This document shows positions 28,401 through 40,400 of a stretch of 64,000 nt of DNA, in pieces; within the stretch, counting starts at the first letter, position 1; each line of letters opens with the position of its first letter. The translations under genes were made by a program, and so were the position numbers. A model generated the notes under the pieces. It was not told the origin of the DNA. It searched no databases and saw only the letters and a program-made list of their open reading frames with translations. The stretch comes from Pocillopora damicornis (taxonomy: Eukaryota): positions 806,001 through 870,000 of the forward strand of contig NW_020843834.1 of assembly GCF_003704095.1 (NCBI RefSeq). The letters are read 5' to 3'.

Positions 28401-31400
28401 TTGGTTTAGGGGAGGGGTAGGTGGGTAGTTGCCCAGATACTGATATTGATCCAACATTCTGTCAAAATTTTAAGTTTCTTCAAATGATATAAATTCTCAA
28501 CTCACTGTATTAGTATGTAGAATTAGAGGCAGTGTAGCTTAGTTGTTTGGGCGCTGAGCTTGTAACCTGTTAGGTTGTTCCTTAGTTTTTTGTTTTGTTT
28601 TTTGTTTTTGTTTTTTGTTTTTGTTTTTGTTTTTGGTTTTGGACTGAAAGTTTTAACACTGGAATTGCTCTGGTTTTGCTGCCCAAAACTTAGTGATTGA
28701 CCAACCTTTAGGCAAAACTAAAACCAAGGTTGAGAGTTGAGAGGCGAACAGTCCGCCATCGTCGCCTCGCTAGGCAGGGAAACCCCAGAATATGAAAGGA
28801 CCTCTTGTTACAGCATTTAGATCACCCCTGATGAAGGCACTAGACAGGAGTGTCGAAACGTTGGGTCTATGAATTGTAACTTCTTCGGTTACATTCGTTA
28901 AATCTGTAAACCAAAGTAGCATCAAACCATGTCCCAAACCCCAGAATATTTCTGGCAATTCTAATCAAATTATCGCCCAGAGGAAACGTCAAACAATAGG
29001 CAGTCAAATCGAGTCGAAATTTATATAAATGCACCAATGGAACCTGCAGTAAATAATACGTTGCAATAAAGTAATTAAGTGTCGAGGTCTGATCGCTATG
29101 GATAGTACTCAAATTAACTCGACCATAGCTATTAACTTAAGTTAAATTTATTACGTCTTATCCCCAAACCTTAGTTTTGAAATGCGAAACGAGCTATTTT
29201 CCCCATGAGATCCCCGTCTTTTCCACGGTGGGGTTCGAAAAACTTTCGCTGCTGCATTCCCTTTTGAGATACACCCAGCGTAAACTACAGATCGCCTACA
29301 CACACCGTTTACGTGCCTAAGTACTGTCACACTCGACAGTACCGCCATCTTCATTTTTTTTCCAATTAGAGCTTAGCAGCCACACCTTTGAGTAACATTG
29401 TGTTCTTCGTGATCTTTACACAACGTAAACACGAAAGAGGTAAACATCGCGCTTGAAATACGAGAAGGCTACAAACGTGGGCTCGAAAATACAGTCAAAC
29501 ACCACTAAAATCGAGAACTTGCTTGGACAGCTTCGCTTAGTAAGTAGAATGTTAGCTCAGAAAGAATTTACTAGAGAAGCAACATCGATTTGGCCGTATT
29601 CAGGGTTCTCAATAACTCAGGGAGTAGATTTCTAGCTTCATGAAGGTATAGGTAAACACGAGCCGTGAAGAGTGCTCAACCAGCATGAAAATGTAAAAGC
29701 ATATATGAATGCGTGTCTTTGTAGAATACAAAACTGGCCTTTAAGGCAGTTGTCTGTTTACGAAATCTTTGGTAGCTTTTCTATAGGTAACTAAGGTATG
29801 CCATGTATGCATATGTTGACTTCTGTACCTATTACAGTGAAAACCATACTTAGTCAATAAGTATCAGATTATTTCTAGACATTCATATTTCCCCTGTTTC
29901 CTTTTTGGTCTGTTTGTATAGGAAAAGTGTAGTGTACAGCTCTAAATCTACTTCAAAACAGTCATCCACTTACATTGGACGTCCAGGTAAGCACTAGCAT
30001 TGATAGAGATATCCAGACCATTTCCAGCTTTACACCAGTATTCTCCCGAATGACTTCTGTTAGCTTTGAAACTCAGTTTGTCTCCTTGAGCCACAGTCTT
30101 CCCATCTTTGATCCATGTTATCTCAGGGATTGGGTTTCCAGTGGCCATGCAATGTAAAGTAACCTCTTCATTTTCAACTATTGTTTGATTGGATGGTTCA
30201 GTTGTGAAACTTGGTTGAACTGTAAAAAAATTAAGTTCAACTCTTAGAATATAGACAACTGGCATATTGTGCAATACAGCTTTTTAATATGATGCAGAAA
30301 CTGGTTCATGAGTGGTGTAATACACCAATCAATTGAAAGCTTCAACATCCCAGCCCCTGGGGCATTTGAACTTTCAAAGATTGGTTTATGGGAGGGGGGG
30401 GGGGGGGGGGGGGTGTGGTAATTGAAGCTTCGAATTGATCAGCACATAAGTAGCCAAACTTTAGTTGATCTACAGCAAATGGATGTTTGAGTAATACTCA
30501 ACCTTAAGATCATCTGTGGTAAACTGATACAAAAATAAATATTCAGCCCAAATCTCAATTTATCAACAATAAGCTGACATTCCATCTTGTACTCAGGCAG
30601 ATTATTGGTCATTGACCTTAAGGCAACTGCTGAAAAACTGTCAGTAGAATACATATACTGTATGCACTAAGTATTCCCTGACTGTCAATCAATATATAAT
30701 ATCTCTCTGTTAGAATGTGCACTATGATTGGTCAACTTAGAGGATGGAATATCTTTGTATGGCCAGCTAAATAAATCAAATACCACTCCAAAGAAAACTC
30801 AGAGATTAGCAAGAAATATGGCCTAAAAACTCTTTGTGATAACAATATGAAAATTATAAAATTCTTGCAAAGTACTTACACAGAACATCAAGACTAGCGC
30901 TAGCATTGACAGTAGAATTCAACCCATTCTCTGCTGAACACCAATATTTTCCAGACTGAGTTCTGTTTGTTTTAAAGGTCAGTGTTTCTCCATGAGCCAC
31001 AGTCTTCCCATCTTTTATCCAAGATATCTTTGGGGCTGGGTTTCCAGTGGCATTGCAGTAAAAGGTTGCTGTTTCACTTTCAAGTACTGTCTGGTCAGCT
31101 GGTGTACTAATTAAGCTTGGTGCAACTGAAGAAGATCATACAAGAATGTATACCAAACTGAATGACTACAGTGAATTAATGATCTAAAAATTTCTAATAC
31201 ATTGTGATGGCTATGCTATTGTTCTTGTTTGGGACATCAAATTGAGTTCAACCTTCTTGTTGTTGTGTACAAAAACAGACTTCCTCTCACAAGGCTTTCT
31301 ATGCACAACTTTTTGAGAAGTTATGTATCCCACTGCTACAACCAAGATCCTCCCTCTCTGTCCCCTCAAATTTATAATAGCGCATAATTGCCATTACTAA

Positions 31401-34400
31401 GATTACTGGAAGTCTGGGGCATTTATATATCGATATTGCTTACAATTAAGTTACAAACACCTTTCAGCCATACTTACATTGTACATTAAGGTAGGCACTA
31501 CTATTGGTTGTTTTATCCAATCCATTTGTTGCAGAACACCAGTATTTTCCAGAATGATTTCTTTTAGCTATAAAGCTCCAAGAATCACCCTGAGCCACAG
31601 TCTTCCCATTTTCAATCCATGTTATAGTTGGAGGTGGGTTGCCAGTGGCAGTACAGTGGAAAGTCACTTCCTTATTTTCCACAATTGACTGATCCTGTGG
31701 TTTGATTTTGAGACTAGGAGGAACTGTAGAGTAAATGATACAAATTATTTTGCAGAAGTTGTTTCTTATTAGTGTACATTAGATACATAACATACATATT
31801 TAAACATTCAATTTCAAAACTATAACTTATTACAATGTTATCTTATACACTCACATGACGTCTGCCTGGTTATAAATTTTATCCATGATAGATAGGAAAG
31901 ATGGCTGAACTTTGCATGACAATTGTTTTTCGTGTTGAAAATTTAATAGTTAATAAAATATATTTAGAAAATATTAAGTTTTTGATCAAAACTAACATTG
32001 AACGTCAAGATTAGCACTGGCATTCACAGTTGAGTTAAGTCCATTCTCTGCTGAACACCAGTATTCTCCAGACTGATTCCTGTTGGTCTCAAGACTCAGA
32101 ATGTTTCCATCAGCAATAGTCTTCCCATCTCTAATCCATGTTATCCTTGGGGTTGGGTTGCCAGTGGCATTGCAATAGAATGTTACAGTTTCAGATTCCA
32201 TGACTGTGTGATCTTCTGGGGTTGTGATTAAACTTGGTGTAACTGAAAAAAAAAGGTACACATATATCTTGATGTATTTATCCAGTTATTACTTAAATAT
32301 GGTAATTGCATGCAGGGCAAATTGGGGCATCAAATAGATAATAAAATAAGGGGTTGAACCTAAAGTTCATCCAGCTGACCATTGCATTATGCTGGGCAAC
32401 TATTTAATGATAAACATATTAAGTAGAACCCCACTAACTTGAATTCCATTGAGTCAAACCCCCTGGTAACTCAAACAAGATCGAATTTCCCTTGACCCTA
32501 TTTTCTTGGTCATTTAAAACCAGCTAACTCGAATTCCTGCCACGTGAAGCTCCAACCATTTTCGTTTCCGTTAGGAGTTTGGGTTATCAGGGTTCTACTG
32601 TACATTCAGTCAGCCCCCTCAAAGACTAACTCCTTTTTGTTCAATGCCAAGTGTCTGTGTTACTGAGGATCTTTGATCAGAATAGTTTAGATATTAAATG
32701 TGAGCAAAGAATTTGAATGGAAGAAACTCTGCCATTTTATTCAGTGTTCTACAGAGAAAGAGCTGACTGCGTACTGATGTGTACTTACACTGCACATCCA
32801 AGGAAGCACTTGTGTTAACTGTTATATCTAAATTATTGTCTGCTAAACACCAGTATTTTCCAGAGTGGGTTCTGTTGGCTGTGAGACTCAGCGTTTCTCC
32901 CTCGGCCAAACGGTTTCCGTCTTTTAGCCATGTTATCGTTGGGGTTGGGTTTCCAGTGGCTGTACAGTGGAAAGTGACTTGTTCACTTTCCATGGCAGTC
33001 TTATCAGATGGTTTGGTAGAGAACCTTGGAGGAACTAGGAATAAAATGCGAGAAATTATGAAGGGATCTACAACTATACTTCAATGTAGAAATTTTTTTC
33101 AAAATTGTCAACAGATACATACATTGAACATCAAGATTAGCAGTGGAATTCACTGTTGAGTTAAGTCCATTTTCTGCTGAACACAGGTATTTTCCAGACT
33201 GATTCCTGCTGGTTTCAAAACTGAGTGTGTCTCCCTGACCTACAATCTCTCCATCTTTCATCCATGTTATCTTTGGGATTGGATTTCCTGTGGCGTTGCA
33301 GAAGAATATTGCTTCGGCTCCCTCCATAACTGTTTGGTCAGTTGGTGTTGTGATCAAACTTGGTGCAACTAAAACAAAAAATACAAGTTCTTCATTCAGA
33401 CTCCCTGCTTTTGGAATGACAGAAGTATTGATACTTTTGAGTATGCATAACGCTTTACGCAAGATCCCCAATCTCATATGTGGGTCTTTGATGACGATCA
33501 ACGTTCAAAGCTAGACCATTTTTTTTCTCATGGCCAATGCAAGCCATCATGCAAGCTTCATATTTAACTAGCAGTGGAAAGTGGAAGGCCTCGAGTGGAT
33601 AGACTGACGATGCCTTTACTAGATATAGGCCTCCTTAATCAGCCCGTGTCTGAAACGGAATAGGGTGAGGCTGTAATAAGAAAGTAGCTCCTTCCACTTT
33701 CCGACTCAGATAAGAACACGGTAGAGAGGAGTAATTTTTAAGTTTTTTTGAATCACATGGATCCTTTACTCTACAGATACATGTATATGCAAGTTGAATT
33801 TATTTACATTGAACGTCAAGATTTGCACTGGCACTTGCAGTAGAATTCAATCCATTTTCTGCGATGCACAAGTATTTTCCAGAGTGATTCTTGTTAGTTC
33901 CGAAGCTCAGACTTTCTCCTTCAGCAACAACCTCCCCATCTTTTTTCCATGTTATTTGTGGGGTTGGGTTTCCTGTGGCATTGCAGTGGAATGTTGCTTT
34001 GGCTCCTTCAATAACTCTCTGGTCAAGTGGTGTTGTGATTAGACTTGGTGGAACTGAAATAAATTAATACCTTTATGTCATTAATGTTCAATTTTGATAC
34101 ACTTTTTTCACGGAGAGCCATCTGTTAGTTCGGGAAATGTGTGAAGTGTACTGTTACCAGAAGATAGGAACAACTGGCTATCTCTTACCGCAGGCTCATG
34201 TGTTTAGGTTTTAGGTAAGCTGAATTTCAAAGTTGCTGTTCCCCTTCATTTCGTTGTTTTTATACTCACACTGTACATCCAGATAAGCACTGGCATTAAC
34301 ACTGTCCTCTAAGCCGTTTTGTGCCAAACACCAGTATCTTCCACTTTGACTCCTAAGTGCCTTGAAGCTGAGTTTATTTCCTGTGTCTACTTCCTCCCCG

Positions 34401-37400
34401 TCTTTGATCCACGTTATTTTTGGAGTTGGGTTCCCAATGGCACTACATTGGAGATTAACGTCTTGGTTTTCCATGACTACTGTGTCCGATGGTTTGGTGA
34501 TTAAACTAGTTGTGTCTGAAATAGAAATAAAGATATCATGACCTCGTGAATCACAGAGTAATTTATCGAAATGGCTCAGGAATTAAATCAAATACTTACA
34601 TTGAACGTTGAGATGTGCGCTTGCACTAACGGTAGAATTCAAGCCATTCTCTGCTGAACAAACATATTCGCCAGATTGAGTTCTGTTTGTTTCGAAGCTC
34701 AGTGTGTCTCCGTGAGTCAAAGTCTTCCCATCTTTCTTCCATGTTATCGTTGGGGTTGGATTTCCATCAGCCACACAGAGGAATGTCGCTAGGGTACCCT
34801 CAAGAGCGGTGTGGTTTGTCGGAGTGGTGGTCAAACTTGGTCTATCTGAACCGAAAAGGCAAAATTAAAGGTGAGTTCTATGTAGCAAATATGTATGTGG
34901 CCTTCTTTACCATGTGCCTTAAACAATTCTTAATCGAAACTCGAACGTCATTATGGATTTCATTAGTTTTCCCTTACTTTACTTTAAGATTGAACCAGGG
35001 AACACGGACCCTGCTCTGAACCAATCAAATGCAGAGCTTAAACAACCTTGTCTTTCTTGCAATTCAGGCAATTTTTTTGTTTTTAGAAGAAGGCTCTTGG
35101 GCCACCCGTGAAATTTTTCCTTGACTGTTCTGATTATCCGTTACCATTCATTTTGTTTTACAATACGGTATGTGAACGCGCTTTGTCGTCATCTTAGTAA
35201 AGAGCTGTACAGCTTTTATTTNNNNNNNNNNNNNNNNNNNNNNNNNNNNNNNNNNNNNNNNNNNNNNNNNNNNNNNNNNNNNNNNNNNNNNNNNNNNNNN
35301 NNNNNNNNNNNNNNNNNNNNNAGTTAGCCGTGGGCAAAAAGCTTTCAAATCAAACCAGCTACTTACATTGAACATCTAGATGTGCGCTGGCGCTCGCAGT
35401 AGAATTTAAACCATTCTCTGCCAAACAAAAATATTCGCCAGATTGAGTTCTGTTTGTTTCAAAGTTCAGTGTGTCTCCTTGGGACACAGTCTTCCCATCT
35501 TTCTTCCATGTTATTTGTGGGATTGGATTTCCATCAGCCACACAGCGGAATGTCGCTGAGGTACCCTCCAGGACGGTCTGGTTTGTCGGATTAGTGATCA
35601 AACTTGGTTTATCTGGACCGAAAAAGGTATAATTAAAGGTAAGTACTATGTAGCCAACGTGTAATTGGCCTTCTTTACCATGAGCCTAAAACAATGCTTG
35701 ATTGAAACTCAAAGGTTATCCTGGATTGTACTGGTTTTACATTACTTTGCTTTGCGATTGGACCAGGAAACACGCAGCACCTTCTGAACCAATCAGATGC
35801 AAGCGTCCATGTCTTTCTCGGGCAGTTTTTCTGTTCTTACCAAAAGTCTCAGGAGCTTTATTTTCGTGATTTTCTTCATAGTTTAACAATTCACTTACAC
35901 AAAACATCCAGATCAGCACTGGCGTTGACAACATCTAATCCATTCTCCACTGAGCACCAGTATTTCCCAGTTTGATTCCTATTAGTTTCAAAGCTCAGCG
36001 TATCTCCGGATCCAACCTTCATCCCATCTACTGTCCATGTTATCTCTGGAGCTGGGTTGCCGGTGGCGGTGCAGTAAAATGTTGCCGAGGCGCCCTCCAT
36101 GACAGTCTGGTTGATTGGAGTGGTTTTTAAACTTGGCGGAACTACAAGAAAAGCAAATTGTCAATTTTCGTAGGTCTGCCTGGTGTACTGTGGTCTGCAT
36201 GGTGTACTGTGGAAATCATTGTCACAGTTAAATCAATCCCCGGATCGCTAGCAAGCCGCTAAGTCGAGGTGATCTTTTAGTCTCTATTTGGGATTTTTTT
36301 CCTATCCTTTCTCCTTTTTTTGAGTGAGCGGGGATCGGCTTGACCAATTTTTTCTTAGTGTGTATGGTTCTTTTTATCTCACTTTGGACTATTCAAGAAA
36401 ACTTGTTGAGCTCTAAGCCAAAAAGATGAAACCAATTTCGAGTACGTCACTTGTACTTTCGCCGCGACTGAAGCCAATTACGTGTTTTAATTTTGGGTTT
36501 TAATTTCTTCTTGTGATATTTTGCAGACATTTTATTGGTCGTTACAACTACTTTGGATTTGGATTTTTGGCGGTCGCTCGAATATTGGACGACGATCGTG
36601 GTTACAAGACTTAAATCTTACCTGTTGGTATGAGGCCTGAATGATGTGTGTAGAGACTATAGAACCCGTTAATTAACTCTCTTATTCTGACTTTCATTAA
36701 AAATATTAAGAGTCATTTCTTACATTGAACATCAAGCATAGCACTAGCATTAACAGTGGAATTTAATCCGTTCTCTGCTAGACACCAGTACTTTCCAGAA
36801 TCATTTCTGTGGGTTTCAATATTTAATGTTTGTTCTTGAGACACAGTTTTCCCATCTTTCATCCATGTTATCTTAGGGGCTGGATTTCCAGCGGCTGCAC
36901 AGTGGAATGTTGCCGTGTTACCCTCTAAGACAGTTCGATCCGAAGGAAGGGTAGTCAAGCTTGGTTTGTCTGAAATAGATTAAGTTGAAATAAATTTCTC
37001 AGCAATTTTCCATTGCCTACTGTTACAGTTTCTGTATAATTAAGCGACCTGGTAGTGTATTGTTATCCTTTTGGGTGAGTTAATGAATTAGTCATAAGCA
37101 GGTTTGATGAGAAAAATATTTTGCATGCCTATTGTGACGATTAAGCGGACTTGGAGTACTGCTAATCGCTCCTGATAACATTCTAGCCCCTTCCCCCAAG
37201 AAGGGGGAAGGGGCTAGAATGGGCTATTACCTCGTCGAATTTCCTTTGCAGTTTGTTGTTAGTAATAATTGATATACCCTGAGATGAGTAAAACGTAAAC
37301 TCCAGCTGTTTCTACCTATGGGGCCGTGGATAGGAAACTAAACTCAACTACGGTATAGTGATACTTCACGAACAGAGTGCTTTAATGGTAAATTTCGCGG

Positions 37401-40400
37401 TCAACACGCACGTATCTCAAACTGAGATACGACGTTTATAACAGTCTAGTCTTTCACTGTACGCATGGTACTCACAAAGAACATCCAGGACAGCACTGGC
37501 ATTAGCGTTAAAATTCAACCCATTTTCTGCTGTGCAAACGTATTCTCCAGACTGATTCCTGCTGGTTTCGAGGCTCAATACTTCTCCAGACTCCACATCT
37601 TCGCCATCTTTTGTCCATGTTATCGTTGGAGCCGGGTTCCCGGTGGCAGTGCAATGAAATGTTACTGTTTTGCCCTCCATGATGGTCTGGTTTACTGGAA
37701 CAGTTGTTAAACTTGGTGGAACTGCGAACGAAGCGGACAGGAATTGTTTTGTTGGTTTTTAGAGCTCTTTGTTTATGAACTCGCTGTCGGTTTCTTTGCA
37801 AATTTTAATAGTTCACAGGTTGAACAACCCCTAGAACCCTGAAAAGAACACTTAACATAGAGGTTGCATAACTTGAAGGTGTAGACGAGGTTGTAAACAT
37901 CATTTTTCATCCTACATCTACAGCGTACTGCTTTAACCCCATACTTAGAAAAACGACAAAAAGTCATCGCTTACATTGAACATCAAGCATAGCACTAGCA
38001 TTAACAGTGGAATTTAATCCGTTNNNNNNNNNNNNNNNNNNNNNNNNNNNNNNNNNNNNNNNNNNNNNNNNNNNNNNNNNNNNNNNNNNNNNNNNNNNNN
38101 NNNNNNNNNNNNNNNNNNNNNNNAAAGTCTTTCTCAGAACAAACGATCAAACGCAGAAGTATGGATGACATCCGTTCAAATTGATTTCCTTTCGTGATAA
38201 AATAGCTGTAGAAATTTGTTACTGATTTGTAAAACTGACATTGCTTACCAAGAATAATTGGCACTGTGGTTATAGAGTCTTCGCCCATAAGGTTGCTTGC
38301 CTTGCAAGTGTAGTTGACCCCATCTTGATCCTTATCGACTTCTTTTATAACCAGTGTTCCGTCCATATCCAACTTGTAGCGACTGTTCTCTTCGTAAGTA
38401 ATAAGCTCGCCATCTTTAAACCAGCGATATGATGGTTGCGGCGCTCCTGTGCTAGGCTTACAAGGTAACCTAGCCTCTTTCTCATTGAGCAGATGAAAAG
38501 GACCAAACTGCACGTTTTCAAAAGATGGCTTCCAAGCTGTCGCGAGAATGATATGAAGTGATTTTGTGAGTTTGTTATGAGAGTTATACCGAGCAATATG
38601 GCTAACCATTTTCATCAGAAACCTCTCGATTCTAAGTCGATGGCCACTATGAGTTCGAGATTCTTCAATGGCGAAACAGTGGTTGTATGCCGACATTAGT
38701 TATTTTGGCGGATAAAAGGCATTAGCCGAGTCTTGGTGGTGGTGTCAAATTCAAGGTATCGACCTGTCAACAGTTTTACAGTTTTTCGATTACGAAAGGG
38801 TGTAATTACGTCTCATAATGGAGACTGTATTGCTCGTTCAGTATGCAGGAAAGCTATATTTTGCATTAACTTGCATTCAGATCTCTATTGGTAATGTTGT
38901 AATGTAGGAAGGCAACATTACTAAGCTTATTCTAGTTTCTCTACTGAATAATCCTCACAAATGGGATAGGAGTCCTTGGCTGGTAAGTCACCAGCAAGTT
39001 GGTCAGATTGCCGGAAGGTTGCTTGTAATTCAAGAGTTAAGTTTTTGGAGGAGACTGCTACCCGATAACCAGCCAGGGATAAAACCTGGACATCTCAATC
39101 CGCAGTATTACACGCTAACCACCAGGCCCCGGTTGTTCGAATGGTAGATAATAACCGGGTAAATATATATCCACTGAATAGTGTAATACGCTTTGTTAAC
39201 ACTTATCCACTTTATGGCGGTCTATCTGTTGGATAGATTTATCCGCCCTTTTTACAACTGGCCTCAGTCATCTAAAAGTCTTCCGAGTGCACTCTTAATT
39301 TTTGCTTGCGATTAGGTACCTGAAACGTAGACCCAAGTTGAAGATATGATCGTGCCATGAGCATTGGTGGCCTCGCATTGATAGACGCCTGTATCGTCAA
39401 GATTCACATCTGTTAGATGTAACTTGTTGTCAGCTAAGACAAGACGCCTAAATTTTCCAAAAGGAAAACATATAATCAGTAGATTCGGGAGCTAATTACA
39501 AAGTTTAAAACGCATGAACGCGAATACTTTTTGTGTTTTTCGAGATGCTCTGGGCGTTTCCATCATTCAAAGGGCTGTAGGCCCTCAAGGCAAATTGTGT
39601 TAAATTTTCCTCAAAATATTTAGAAATGAATCGATATATAACATTTTGACCTATTTAAGATGTTTCATTTACAGGTAGAATAATACATAACTCATTTTGA
39701 GGGAGAGTAACACATAAAACTCCTTTTTTCCTTATTCGTCATTGAACAATCAGTAGCGAAATATTTTGTATTTGATGAGCAGAGTGGTTCAGTGATCTCA
39801 TATCTTCGACATTCATCCAAAATAATTCGGGATACGTGAATGTCACTGCAAATGGCACTTGATTCTGAAACTTTTTTGCGCTAGTCAAGCTAAATAGCTC
39901 TTCCCAGTTTTCTCATTTTGCTCGTCTCTTTAACCGCGCGCTAACTCACCTCATTTCACGTCAAGAGTTTACATTCAAAGGCAATAACTCTTGTTTGGGT
40001 TTATTTTTAGCTTTTGTGGTTTCATTTTACACGAAGTATAGGATGCAACGCTATCAAGTTTACCTCCCTGTGTTTTAAGAAATATTATTATGCAAACTTA
40101 CCCTGAAGGCTGAAGTACTTCTCCATTTTTATACCATGTCGTTATTGCAGCAGGGTTTGCTGTTACTTGACATTCCAACGTGCCGTTTTTTTCAATGACG
40201 ATGGTGATGTCATTTGGTGGAGGATTCGCTGCCCATTTTGGTGGAACTGCGAAGTGGAATAGGATCGCAAGGGTGTTAGAGCATAATGTTATTGTTTTTT
40301 GTTTGTTTGTTTGTTTGGTTTTGTTCTTCATTCCTTTTTTTTCCTGTGTGTTTCCTGGTTTGTTTGTGTTCTTAATAATCAGAATTACCTTCAATCTCAA

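Noticed and set aside
8610-35019. Many ORF-track entries antisense to, or frameshifted over, the Ig exons (e.g. 9532-9759, 17097-17372, 20249-20509, 32779-33159)
   Set aside because: They are shadows of the repeated exons, recur only because the exons recur, and have no independent domain or splice signals.
8693-38023. CRISPR-like or V(D)J-like interpretation of the repeats
   Set aside because: The repeats are spliceosomal coding exons with GT-AG ends. I saw no short repeat-spacer structure and no consistent heptamer/nonamer signals flanking them.
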